DNA of 60,163 bases, the filler included. It is 5 parts of 5 records of this genome, joined end to end, with 100 filler letters (N's around TTAATTAATTAA, not from the genome) between each part and the next. Parts side by side here need not be neighbours in the genome. Positions count along the whole stretch, not along the records: positions 40,836 to 52,089 come from DRR723986_14723; positions 52,190 to 60,163 come from DRR723986_14752; 3 more parts are not named here. One strand, given 5' to 3'. Position numbers and translations under genes: made by a program. Within the stretch, counting starts at the first letter, position 1. The number at the start of each line of letters is the position of its first letter. The notes beneath the pieces were generated by a model that saw only the letters and a list, made by a program, of their open reading frames with translations, ran no database searches and was not told the origin of the DNA. Positions 42,361 through 52,191 of the stretch are shown in pieces.

Positions 42361-44949
42361 ATGACGCACCAGCAGCCTCAGCAGACCACAGACCGGGTGT
42401 CCACCGGACTGCCCGGTCTGGATGAGGTGCTGGATGGCCTGCGAATCGGCGACAATGTTGTCTGGCGGGTCTCCGATCTGGACGATTACCGCCGATTCGT
42501 TCTTCCCTTTCTGGATGCTGCCGCCGACGCCGGCCGGCAGATCATCTATCTCCGCTTCGGCGAGCATCCGCCGATCATTGACCAGCACCCTGCGGTGCGC
42601 ACCATCACTATTGATGCCCTCGGCGGTTTCGAGAGTTTTACCAGCCGGGTCTGGCACCTGATCGAACAACATGGCCGCGGCGCCTTCTACGTTTGCGACA
42701 GCCTGAGTGAGCTACTCAATGCCTGGGCCACCGACGCCATGGTGGGCAATTTTTTCCGGGTAGTGTGTCCCTTCCTGTTCGAACTGGATACCGTCGCCTG
42801 GTTCACCCTGCACCCGGACCGACACTCCCGGATGACCCTGGACCGGATTCGCCAGACCACCCAGGTGCTGATTGATGTACACCGCCACGGCGACGATGTG
42901 CAGATTCATCCCATCAAGGCCTGGCGCCGGCAATCACCGACCATGTTCCTGCCCCATCGGGAACAGGCTGGCCAGTTCTGGCCGATTACCGACAGCAGCG
43001 ATGCCACCCGCTTGCAGGCCTCGCTGGAATCCGGGCACCTGCATCGCCAGCCACTGCTGGATTACTGGGACAGACTGTTCCAGGAAGTCAGCCGGGCCGT
43101 TTTTGAACAGGACCAGACCTGCATGCCTGATCTGCAGGAGCAGGTTCTGCAAGTGATGATCAGCCGCGACCCCAAGATTCTGGAACTGGCCCGGCGCTAC
43201 CTGACTCTGGAGGATCTGCTCACCATTCGCAGCCGTCTGGTTGGCAGCGGTTATATTGGCGGCAAGGCCACAGGCATGCTGATTGCCCGGAACATTCTGC
43301 TGAAAGATGCGCCTGAACTCTGGCAGCCGAATCTGGAACCCCACGATTCCAGCTACCTGGGCACCGACGCCTACTACGCATTTCTGGTCCACAACGGCCT
43401 GTGGCCGGCAATCATGCGACAACGCTCACCAGAAGGTTATCTCAGTGAAGCACCCGCCCTGCGCAAGGCCATCCTGACCGGGCAATTCCCGGCGGAAGTC
43501 CGTTCGGAGCTGGAACGCCTGCTTGACCATTACGGCCAGTATCCCATCCTGGTGCGCTCATCCAGCCTGCAGGAGGATGGTTTCGGCAACGCCTTTGCCG
43601 GCAAATACGACAGTGTCTTCCTGATCAACCAGGGGGCACCGGAACAGCGACTGGCGGAACTGGAAGATGCCATCCGCCAGGTCTACGCCTCGTCCATGAG
43701 CGACGACGCTCTGGTGTACCGTAAACAACGAGGCCTGGATCAGCGCGAGGAACCCATGGCCCTGCTGATCCAGCGGGTAAATGGCCGTTTCCATGGCCGC
43801 TACTACCTGCCCGATGCCGCGGGCGTTGGCGTGTCCAGAAACACCTTTGCCTGGGACAGCACCATGGACCCGAAAGCGGGCATGGTCCGCCTGGTTATGG
43901 GGCTGGGCACCCGGGCCGTAGACCGGATTGAAGGCGACCACGCCTGCGTGATGGCGCTGGATCATCCCGGCCGGCAACCTTTCCGCAACCCGGACGAACA
44001 CTATCGATTCTCCCAACATCTGGTGGACCTGCTCGACCTGCAGGAGGGCCATCTGGAAACCCGGCCCCTGAGCCAGTTACTGGACACCGTTCAAGATCTG
44101 CCCATGGCCCAGATGGGCGAAATCGACCGTGCCGCCAGTACCCGGGCGGAACAGATTGGGCTGCCAGGGCCTGTCTGGCGACTGACCTTCCGGCCGCTGG
44201 TTCAGTTCAGCTCATTCATTCAGCGGCTGTCATCTCTGTTATCTACCCTGGAGGCCGGCTATCAGCATCCCGTGGATGTCGAGTTCACCCTGCATATTGA
44301 TGAACAGGGCGAACCCTCCTTCAATCTGGTTCAGTGCCGGCCACTGGCCACGATTGGTGAAACCGGTCCGGTCACACTGCCGGAACATCTGCCCGCGGAG
44401 CGAGAGATTTTCCGCACCCAGGGCCACTTCATGGGCGGCAACATCAATCTGGCGATTACGCGGATTATCCGTATAGATGCGGCGATCTACGCCAACCTGA
44501 ATATCAATCAGCGTTACGATGTGGCCCGACGTGTCGGCGAGGTGGTTCGGGAATCCAGCGCCAGCACCCTGCTGATTGGTCCCGGACGTTGGGGCACCAG
44601 CAGCCCGGAGCTGGGCGTTCCGGTCAGGTTTGCCGATATTGCCGGCGTCAGCGCCTTGGTGGAGGTATCGGAGAATGCCGGCGACATGGTGCCGGATCTG
44701 TCCTACGGTTCCCATTTCTTCCAGGATCTGGTGGAAACCGGTATTGCCTATGTGGCGCTGTTTCCTGAATCAGACCAGTGCCGCTACCGACCTGACCTTC
44801 TGCCCGGCGAAATCTCCCAGCCTGACAACGCCAGTGACATTGAGCGCGCCGTCCGGGTATATGTCACCGACCAGACACCCCTGCAACTGACCGGTGATGT
44901 GGTTCGGCAGGAACTGGTGTGCTATCGGCCGGTTGACCCGAAGCAATAG
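42361..44949 (+). CDS. PPDK/PEP-synthase-like ATP-grasp protein with N-terminal degenerate KaiC/RecA-like domain
   Basis: N-terminal RVSTGLPGLDEVL; IGGKA, VRSSSLQEDG...AFAGKYDS, MALLIQ, GLGTRAV, DVEF and LVQCRP; no PEP/pyruvate TIM barrel. Confidence 0.85.
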   Translation: MTHQQPQQTTDRVSTGLPGLDEVLDGLRIGDNVVWRVSDLDDYRRFVLPFLDAAADAGRQIIYLRFGEHPPIIDQHPAVRTITIDALGGFESFTSRVWHLIEQHGRGAFYVCDSLSELLNAWATDAMVGNFFRVVCPFLFELDTVAWFTLHPDRHSRMTLDRIRQTTQVLIDVHRHGDDVQIHPIKAWRRQSPTMFLPHREQAGQFWPITDSSDATRLQASLESGHLHRQPLLDYWDRLFQEVSRAVFEQDQTCMPDLQEQVLQVMISRDPKILELARRYLTLEDLLTIRSRLVGSGYIGGKATGMLIARNILLKDAPELWQPNLEPHDSSYLGTDAYYAFLVHNGLWPAIMRQRSPEGYLSEAPALRKAILTGQFPAEVRSELERLLDHYGQYPILVRSSSLQEDGFGNAFAGKYDSVFLINQGAPEQRLAELEDAIRQVYASSMSDDALVYRKQRGLDQREEPMALLIQRVNGRFHGRYYLPDAAGVGVSRNTFAWDSTMDPKAGMVRLVMGLGTRAVDRIEGDHACVMALDHPGRQPFRNPDEHYRFSQHLVDLLDLQEGHLETRPLSQLLDTVQDLPMAQMGEIDRAASTRAEQIGLPGPVWRLTFRPLVQFSSFIQRLSSLLSTLEAGYQHPVDVEFTLHIDEQGEPSFNLVQCRPLATIGETGPVTLPEHLPAEREIFRTQGHFMGGNINLAITRIIRIDAAIYANLNINQRYDVARRVGEVVRESSASTLLIGPGRWGTSSPELGVPVRFADIAGVSALVEVSENAGDMVPDLSYGSHFFQDLVETGIAYVALFPESDQCRYRPDLLPGEISQPDNASDIERAVRVYVTDQTPLQLTGDVVRQELVCYRPVDPKQ

Positions 44950-44998
44950 CCAGAGGTTTTTCGCCCCGGCACCGATAACACGCTGCTAGAATGCACTC

Positions 44999-46270
44999 AT
45001 GGAATGGCTGACACACTCACAGACCGGTTTTCGGCAGGCCGCCCGCTACCTTCTGGGCATGCGCCTGGCCATTATTGTCACCTTGCTGGTGGCGGTCGCG
45101 GTTGCCGAAACCACCATCACCCTTGCTCATCGGGCCGAGGCGCTGCTGCTGTGCCTGCTGTACGGTGTACTGGCCACGCTCGGATGGTTATGGTTCAGCC
45201 GGCGCCCGCCCGCCTCGGCGGTTTTTGTCAGCCTTACCCTAGCAGCCGATCTGGTACTGATCGGGCTCTGGCTTTACCTTACCGGAGGCTACACCAACCC
45301 TCTGGTCTCGCTCCTGCTGCTGCCGATTGCTGTCGCCATCATCCTGGTGCCTGGGCGCCACAGTATCGTCCTGACAGTATCCGGTGTTCTGGTGTATACC
45401 GCCCTGGTGCTCTGGCATACGCCTGCCATTGAACATCAGCATCACGGCGGCGACCTGGCCCAGCTACATCTGGTGGGTATGTGGGTGACCTTTGCCCTGA
45501 CTGCCACCATCCTGCTCCTGGTAGTGGGCACTCTGGCCCGCCAGCTCAGAGCACAGCAATCCCAGCTTGGACAGTTCCGGGAAAACCGGCTTCGCGACGA
45601 ACAGATTATTTCTCTGGGCCTGTCCGCCGCGGCCGTCGCCCATCGTCTCGGAACGCCCCTGAACACCATGACGTTACTGCTGGATGAAATTCGCTCTGCC
45701 ACCTCTGATCAGGGCGAAAAGCATCTGGAGGATGATCTGAGCATGATGCAACAGCAGCTGGCACTGTGCAGTGGCCATCTCCAGCAGCTGACCCAGGCGG
45801 CCGTCGAAGCCCGCAACGCAAAACTGGAAAACCTGCCGGTGTCCGCCTGGCTCACACGGCTTCGGGAGTCTGCAACCTTGCTCTGGCCCGCCGGGCCGAT
45901 ACGCTGGGCAGACGATTGTCCCGAGGCCATGGTTGCGGTAGATGCCACCCTCGATCAGGCGGTACTGAACCTGCTCGCCAACGCCCTGACCGCCAGCCCG
46001 CAATGGGTCGCCGTCAGTTGCCAGAGGGCCGACAATGCACGGGTCGAGATCATCGTCGAAGACCACGGCGATGGTCTGGAAAGTGCCTTTGCCGGTGCGC
46101 CGGGCGAAGACGTGGTGGATTCCCGCAACGGCCTGGGTGTGGGGCTGTTTCTGTCCAACGCCACCATACAGCGACTGGGCGGCCACCTTCGTGCCCGGGT
46201 GAGCGATCAGGGCACCACCATGGTGATCGACCTTCCGATGTCTGACGCACCTTCTACGGGAGTTATCTGA
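44999..46270 (+). CDS. regB: RegB/PrrB/RoxS-like membrane sensor histidine kinase
   Basis: About 6 TM segments with TGGYTNP (RegB GGxxNP motif), HLVGMW, AHRLGTPL, NLLANA, D.G.G and GLGVGLFL. Confidence 0.8.
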   Translation: MEWLTHSQTGFRQAARYLLGMRLAIIVTLLVAVAVAETTITLAHRAEALLLCLLYGVLATLGWLWFSRRPPASAVFVSLTLAADLVLIGLWLYLTGGYTNPLVSLLLLPIAVAIILVPGRHSIVLTVSGVLVYTALVLWHTPAIEHQHHGGDLAQLHLVGMWVTFALTATILLLVVGTLARQLRAQQSQLGQFRENRLRDEQIISLGLSAAAVAHRLGTPLNTMTLLLDEIRSATSDQGEKHLEDDLSMMQQQLALCSGHLQQLTQAAVEARNAKLENLPVSAWLTRLRESATLLWPAGPIRWADDCPEAMVAVDATLDQAVLNLLANALTASPQWVAVSCQRADNARVEIIVEDHGDGLESAFAGAPGEDVVDSRNGLGVGLFLSNATIQRLGGHLRARVSDQGTTMVIDLPMSDAPSTGVI

Positions 46271-46272
46271 AC

Positions 46273-46806
46273 ATGACAGACGGCGAATGCTGGTTGCTGA
46301 TTGATGACGATGAGAGCTTTCTGCAGGTACTGAGCCGCTCTCTCACGCGCCAGGGTGTGGAGAGCGCGACAGCCAGTAACCGGAACGATGCGCTTCAGGC
46401 CCTTGGCGAGAACCACTTTAACCGCTGCGTGCTTGACCTCAACCTGGCGGGCGAAAGTGGCCTGCAATTACTACCCGAGCTGCTGCAATGCGATGACAAT
46501 CTGGAGGTACTGGTACTGACCGGCTACGGCAGTATCGCCACGGCGGTGGAGGCCATACGCCGTGGCGCGGTGAATTATCTGTGCAAACCGGTGACCGTCA
46601 GCCAGCTGATTCAGGGCTTTGAACCCATTGAGGGTGACCCCGCACTCCGCCAGGAACCGCCTTCCGTAGAGGAAATGGAGTGGGAACATATCCAGCGGGT
46701 GCTGAATGAGCACGAGGGCAACATATCGGCAACGGCCCGGGCTCTGAACATGCACCGCCGAACCCTGCAACGAAAACTCCAGAAGCATTCCCGCTGGCGA
46801 CAGTGA
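46273..46806 (+). CDS. regA: RegA/PrrA/RoxR-like response regulator
   Basis: Receiver domain (DDD, LDL, LTGYGSIATAVEA, KP) and C-terminal WEHIQRVL..NISATARALNMHRRTLQRKL. Confidence 0.9.
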   Translation: MTDGECWLLIDDDESFLQVLSRSLTRQGVESATASNRNDALQALGENHFNRCVLDLNLAGESGLQLLPELLQCDDNLEVLVLTGYGSIATAVEAIRRGAVNYLCKPVTVSQLIQGFEPIEGDPALRQEPPSVEEMEWEHIQRVLNEHEGNISATARALNMHRRTLQRKLQKHSRWRQ

Positions 46807-46838
46807 CCCCGCCCGTCAATGACACAAAACCGCTCCTG

Positions 46839-46856
46839 AATTGACGACCGTCAATT
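46839..46856. promoter_or_regulatory. FNR/Anr-like box
   Basis: AATTGACG-AC-CGTCAATT, a perfect 8-bp inverted repeat containing TTGAC-N4-GTCAA. Confidence 0.55.
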
Positions 46857-47049
46857 TCATGAAACCAAGGTCGAATGCCTTCACACGCCGGATGCGGTAG
46901 CATCCCCCGCGACCTCCCATTGCAATAAACGGATAACAGAGACACGGCAAATACGGAGGTTGCGGGTAGCCATCATTGCTATACTCGCAGACAGTTCTCA
47001 CATGGAGAGGAGGAAGCCGAAAGCCACCAATAGCCGGAACACCTGATTT

Positions 47050-49179
47050 ATGCCCAACACCCCGGACGCTCCCCAGCCTCCTTCGGACATTGATCCGAAA
47101 CGACTGGCGCTGGTCGCCACCGCCACCCGTAACATGGCACTGATTCTGGACGCCGGCGGCTGCATCGAGTGGGTCAACCAGGCGTTTGAAAAGCACACTG
47201 GCTACTCGCTGGATTCGGTGCGTGGGAAACTGCCCAGCCAGGCTCTGGCCGGCCCGGATACCGATCCGGAGACCGTCGGCCGGATATATCACCACTTGTT
47301 CCGGGGTGAGGCATTCGAAGAAGACATCCTGCACTACACTGCCAACGGCGAACCTTACTGGGTCCACACCTACTGCACACCGGTGGATGACGAGGACGGC
47401 GTTGAACCCGGCTTCGTGGTGATCCAGACCAACATTTCAGACCGGAAAAACAGCGAGCGCGGCCTGCGCATCGCCGCCAGCGTCTTTGATCGCAGCCACG
47501 AGGCGATCATTATTTCTGATCACCTGAACCGCATTATCGATGTGAATCCCGCTTTTTCCAGGATTACCGGTTACAGCCGCCATGAAGTGCTGGGGCTCAA
47601 CCCTTCCATACTGAGTTCCGGGCGCCATTCCCGTGAATATTATCGCTCCATGTGGAAGTCCATCGAAAAGACCGATCACTGGCGCGGAGAAGTGTGGAAT
47701 CGCCGGAAAAACGGTGAGGAATATGTGGAATTGCTGTCCATCAGCCGGGTGCATCTGGAAGAACCCGGCAAACATTATTATGTGGCGGCGTTCTCCGATA
47801 TCACTGCCCTGAAAAATCACGCCAGGGAGCTGGACCGGGCCGCAAACTATGACGACCTCACCGGCCTGCCCAACCGACAGCTGCTGGAAGAGCGGCTGCG
47901 CTCCGCCAAGGCCCATGCTGACCGGCAGAAACGCTCACTCGCCATCTGCTATCTGGACCTGGATGGCTTCAAGGGCATCAACGATGAACTCGGCCACGAC
48001 TTCGGCGACCAGGCCCTCCGCATGGTGGCAGAGCGGCTGACCCGAAGCCTCCGCAGCGGAGATACCGTCGCCCGTATCGGAGGCGATGAATTTGTTCTGC
48101 TGATTCAGGGTGATCATTCCGAGCCCCTGTACCAGCGCATTCTGACGTCGGTCAGTGAACCTTTCGAAATGGCGGGTAAAGAGGTAAACCTGACCGCCAG
48201 CCTCGGCGTAACCCTGTACCCGGAAGATGATACCGACGCCGAAGGCCTGATCCGCCACGCTGACCAGGCCATGTATGCTGCCAAAGAGAAAGGCCGCAAC
48301 CAGTTCCACATTCTGGATCCCGGCCAATATGCCTTCCGTAAGGAGCGCCGGAACCAGCTGATGGAGATTTCCCGGGCCCTGGAAAACGAGGAATTCGAAC
48401 TCTACTTCCAGCCCCAGCTGCGCATGGCCGACTGCCAGGTGATCGCCTTTGAGGCCCTGATCCGCTGGAACCATCCGGACAAGGGACTGATTGCCCCCGG
48501 CGCATTTCTGCCGGCGGTGGCAAACAGTCATCTGGAGATCCCCCTGGGCCAATGGGTGTTGAAAGAAGCGATCCACCAGATGAACCGGTGGCGGGAAGCC
48601 GGCGAAGCCCTGGCAGTCAGCATCAACATCAGTGCACCCCACCTGATGGATCGGAAGTTTGTCGACTACCTGGAAGGCTATCTGCAAAGCCACCCGGAAG
48701 TGAGCCCCGGGCAAATCACCCTGGAAGTGCTGGAGTCTACGGCGCTGGAAGACACCAAACGTGCCAGTAACGTGCTGGCCCGTTGCCAGTCTCTGGGCCT
48801 GCAGGTGGCGCTGGACGACTTCGGCACCGGGTTTTCATCGCTGACCTACCTGCGCACCCTGCCGGTGGATGTCATCAAGATTGACAAGAGTTTTGTCCGC
48901 AACATGCTGACCGACGCCAATGACCGCGCCATCGTCGAAAGCGTTATCTTCCTGGCCCAGCGGTTTGATCATCCTGTGCTGGCGGAGGGCGTGGAAACCA
49001 TGGAACACGCCACCGCACTTCGGGATATGGGCTGCAACCTGGTTCAGGGCTACGGCATCGCCCGCCCGATGCCATCCGGAGCGGTACTGGGGTGGCTACA
49101 AAACTGGCGCCGCCAGATCGAATCCAGAAAGGAAATCCAGCAGCTTCAGGTGGTTTCCGAGCAGGGCGAAGGCATCTGA
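47050..49179 (+). CDS. PAS-PAS-GGDEF-EAL diguanylate cyclase/phosphodiesterase
   Basis: Two PAS-PAC domains, DDLTGLPNR, RSGD I-site, GGDEF, EALIRW, DDFGTGFSSL and AEGVE. Confidence 0.95.
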   Translation: MPNTPDAPQPPSDIDPKRLALVATATRNMALILDAGGCIEWVNQAFEKHTGYSLDSVRGKLPSQALAGPDTDPETVGRIYHHLFRGEAFEEDILHYTANGEPYWVHTYCTPVDDEDGVEPGFVVIQTNISDRKNSERGLRIAASVFDRSHEAIIISDHLNRIIDVNPAFSRITGYSRHEVLGLNPSILSSGRHSREYYRSMWKSIEKTDHWRGEVWNRRKNGEEYVELLSISRVHLEEPGKHYYVAAFSDITALKNHARELDRAANYDDLTGLPNRQLLEERLRSAKAHADRQKRSLAICYLDLDGFKGINDELGHDFGDQALRMVAERLTRSLRSGDTVARIGGDEFVLLIQGDHSEPLYQRILTSVSEPFEMAGKEVNLTASLGVTLYPEDDTDAEGLIRHADQAMYAAKEKGRNQFHILDPGQYAFRKERRNQLMEISRALENEEFELYFQPQLRMADCQVIAFEALIRWNHPDKGLIAPGAFLPAVANSHLEIPLGQWVLKEAIHQMNRWREAGEALAVSINISAPHLMDRKFVDYLEGYLQSHPEVSPGQITLEVLESTALEDTKRASNVLARCQSLGLQVALDDFGTGFSSLTYLRTLPVDVIKIDKSFVRNMLTDANDRAIVESVIFLAQRFDHPVLAEGVETMEHATALRDMGCNLVQGYGIARPMPSGAVLGWLQNWRRQIESRKEIQQLQVVSEQGEGI

Positions 49180-49188
49180 GCCGCAAGC

Positions 49189-49848
49189 TTACCGGTAGCG
49201 GCTCTGATCCAGAGTACTGAGCCGGTCCGGGTGGAATACCATCAGGCCGGTGACAAAGGTGCCATTGATGAAACCCTCCGGAATCATGAACAGCGGCAGA
49301 TACCTCAGATACTCATGCACCAGTTCATCAAAACTGTAGGTGCCGCTGCTCCATAGCATCAGGCACATCACAATGCCCGCTGCGGCCACCGAAAGGCCGG
49401 CTCCGAAAAATCCGCAGAAGAAGATGTAGGCGAAGAAGTTACGGAAATTGCGCCGTCGTTCCCACAACATGATGCCGTGGCTGACCAGTGCCGGGACCAT
49501 CACCGTAATCAGACCGTTGGCGGCAAACATCAGTAATGGCTCGCGCCCGGTGATGACGGTGATCACCAGAGCCAGCAGGCCCGCCAGCACGGCCAGAGCC
49601 CAACCCAGCATCAGAGTAATCACCGTGATGCCAAAGATGTGAATCGCCAATCCTGGTGAAATACCTGCCCGCAACTGCCAGACAAAACCCAGAATCACCG
49701 CAGCACCGAAAAACGAATGCTGAAGAGCGTTATCCTTGCGCAAGGCGGACCAGTCGACAGAACGCACCGCGTTCAACAGAATCACCGCAAACAACACGGC
49801 GGTGATCAGCCATTGACTGGTGGAGAGCAGGTTGTCGGTCATTCCCAT
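49189..49848 (-). CDS. Solitary CbiM-like / ECF S-component-like membrane protein
   Basis: About 7 TM segments; GLAIHIFG..TLMLGW, NFFAYIF and PEGFING. Confidence 0.7.
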   Translation of the reverse strand: MGMTDNLLSTSQWLITAVLFAVILLNAVRSVDWSALRKDNALQHSFFGAAVILGFVWQLRAGISPGLAIHIFGITVITLMLGWALAVLAGLLALVITVITGREPLLMFAANGLITVMVPALVSHGIMLWERRRNFRNFFAYIFFCGFFGAGLSVAAAGIVMCLMLWSSGTYSFDELVHEYLRYLPLFMIPEGFINGTFVTGLMVFHPDRLSTLDQSRYR

Positions 49849-49936
49849 GGCGATTTACCGGTGCGGGTGCGATTGGAAATACGGGGCAGTGTCTACACAT
49901 ACCCCATACACCGTCAATGGGATCACACCGTTCAGG

Positions 49937-51661
49937 TCAAGCCGCCAACGCCGCCCGGTTCGTGAGCGCCTGCCAGGCTTCATAAGTGCTCAGGAAGATG
50001 CGTCCGCCCAGGTGTTCCAGCAACTCCGTGCCTTTGAGCCGGTCCATGACCGGGCCCTTGATTTCCGAGAAATGCAGACGCACCCCGGCGTCGCGCAGCC
50101 GTTCGTTAATCGCTTCCAGGCTTTCCAGGGCTGAGGCGTCAATAAGGTTCACCGCCGGACACACCAGCACCAGATCGGTCAGCTCCGGCTCCCGGGTAAC
50201 CAGATCCATCACGGTTTCTTCAAGGAAACGGGCATTGGCGAAATACAGGCTTTCATCCACCCGCAGGAAGGTAACTTTGGGACAGAGTTCCACCTCATGG
50301 CGCAGCACGTTGCGGAAATGCTCGGTGCCCGGCACCCGGCCCACCACGGCGCTGTGGGGGCGACTGGTTCGGTACAGGAACAGGCCAATCGATAACGCCA
50401 CCCCGGCAATGATACCGGCTTCGACACTGTGACCAAGGGTAAGCAGGATGGTCGCCAGCATGGCCCCGAAATCGGTACGGGAATATCGGAAAGTGCGGCC
50501 CAGTGCCGGCAGATCAATCAGGGTGATCACCGCCACAATAATGGTCGCCGCCAGCGTCGCCTGGGGCAACCAGGCTATGGCCGGCGTGAGGAACAGGGTC
50601 GCCAGGGCGATGCCCACCGCCGTATAGGCACCGGCCGCCGGTGTTTCAGCGCCGGCATCAAAGTTCACCACCGAACGGGAAAAGCCACCGGTAACCGGCA
50701 TACCGCCCGACAGGCCGGACCCCAGGTTGGCGGTACCCAGACCAATCAGCTCCTGGTCCGGGTCAATGCGCTGGCGCCTTTTGGCCGCCAGGGTCTGACC
50801 CACCGAAACCGATTCCACGAAACCTACCACACTGATCAGCAAGGCGCTGACCGCCAGTTGGGACCACAGGCCAAGATCCAGACTGGGCATGGTGAAGGAA
50901 GGCAATCCTGACGGTACCTCACCGACCAATCGCACCCCCTGCTCATCCAGCCGAAATACCCAGGCCAGCAGCATGGTGATCAGCACCGCCAGAATGGGGG
51001 CGGTCTTGGTCAGGATATCAGCCGCCCGGGGCGCCAGGCCGAGTCGATGCAGTACCGGTTTCAGGTACCGGCGCGACCACAACAGGAACATCAAGGCCCC
51101 GCCCCCGATCAACAGCGTGGGCACGTTGGTATTGCCCAGGGAAACCAGTAACGAGTGACCAATATCCAGCAAGTTGTGGCCATTGGCCTGGATACCGAAC
51201 AGGTGCTTGAGCTGGCTGGCGGCAATGACAATGCCCGAGGCGGTAATAAACCCGGATATCACCGGATGGCTCAGGAAGTTGGCCAGGAATCCCAGCCGCA
51301 GAACCCCCATCAGGGTCAGCATCAGGCCAGACATCACCGCCAGCAAGATAGCTCCAGCCAGATACTCAGCAGTGCCCGCCTCGGCCAGTGGCGCCAGAGC
51401 AGCCGCCGTCATCAGCGAGGCCACCGCCACCGGGCCAACAGAGAGGGTGCGACTGGTTCCGAACACCGCATAGATCACCAGTGGCAGAATGCTGGCGTAC
51501 AACCCGACCTGCGCCGGGAGGCCTGCCAGCAGAGCGTAGGCCAGAGACTGGGGAATCAGCATAACGGTGACAATCACCGCAGCCACCAGATCACTGGTGG
51601 CCTGGTCGCGACGATAAAATGGCACCCATTGCAGAATGGGCAGAAAGCGTTTCAGATTCAT
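49937..51661 (-). CDS. sulP: SulP-family inorganic anion transporter with STAS domain
   Basis: LIPQSLAYA.LAG, GTSRTLSVGP, QELIGLG, TGGFSRS and STAS RVDESLYFANA. Confidence 0.93.
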   Translation of the reverse strand: MNLKRFLPILQWVPFYRRDQATSDLVAAVIVTVMLIPQSLAYALLAGLPAQVGLYASILPLVIYAVFGTSRTLSVGPVAVASLMTAAALAPLAEAGTAEYLAGAILLAVMSGLMLTLMGVLRLGFLANFLSHPVISGFITASGIVIAASQLKHLFGIQANGHNLLDIGHSLLVSLGNTNVPTLLIGGGALMFLLWSRRYLKPVLHRLGLAPRAADILTKTAPILAVLITMLLAWVFRLDEQGVRLVGEVPSGLPSFTMPSLDLGLWSQLAVSALLISVVGFVESVSVGQTLAAKRRQRIDPDQELIGLGTANLGSGLSGGMPVTGGFSRSVVNFDAGAETPAAGAYTAVGIALATLFLTPAIAWLPQATLAATIIVAVITLIDLPALGRTFRYSRTDFGAMLATILLTLGHSVEAGIIAGVALSIGLFLYRTSRPHSAVVGRVPGTEHFRNVLRHEVELCPKVTFLRVDESLYFANARFLEETVMDLVTREPELTDLVLVCPAVNLIDASALESLEAINERLRDAGVRLHFSEIKGPVMDRLKGTELLEHLGGRIFLSTYEAWQALTNRAALAA

Positions 51662-51668
51662 GCGCGGC

Positions 51669-52089
51669 TCAGAACAGGTTGACCGGTACCTTCAGGTACA
51701 CCTGGCCGTTGTCTTCTGCAGACGGCATATGGCCCGCCCGCATATTCACCTGCACCGACGGCAGGATCAGCCGCGGCATATCCAGCGTTGCATCCCGCTC
51801 GGTGCGCATCTTCACAAACTCCTCTTCCGACACACCATCGTGCACGTGCACATTAGCCTGGCGCTGCTCGGCCACGGTGGTCATGTGCTGGTATTCATCA
51901 CGGTCGGGAGCCTTGTAATCATGGCACAGGAAGATGCGAGTCTCCGGCGGCAACGCCAGAACTTTCTGGATGGACTGGTAGAGAACCCGGGCATCACCGC
52001 CCGGGAAATCACAGCGGGCCGTACCGTAATCCGGCATAAACAGGGTATCGCCCACAAATGCGGCGTCGCCAATCACATAGGTCAGGCAG
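51669..52089 (-). CDS. MBL-fold persulfide dioxygenase / Blh-like protein (5' truncated)
   Basis: FVGDTLFMPDYGTARCDFPGG, FLCHDY, RTERDATL.MP.LILPS.QVNMRAG and YLKVPVN. Confidence 0.88.
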
Positions 52090-52189
52090 NNNNNNNNNNN
52101 NNNNNNNNNNNNNNNNNNNNNNNNNNNNNNNNNTTAATTAATTAANNNNNNNNNNNNNNNNNNNNNNNNNNNNNNNNNNNNNNNNNNNN
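52090..52189. other. Artificial contig spacer
   Basis: N44-TTAATTAATTAA-N44. Confidence 0.99.
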
Positions 52190-52191
52190 TC

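Noticed and set aside
42361-42960. Circadian KaiC or active RecA-type ATPase
   Set aside because: No Walker A motif and no kaiA/kaiB; only the N-terminal STG..GLD motif is shared.
47110-47440. First PAS of the GGDEF-EAL protein as a LOV photoreceptor
   Set aside because: The GxNCRFLQ motif is absent (GKLPSQALAG); there is no photoactive Cys.
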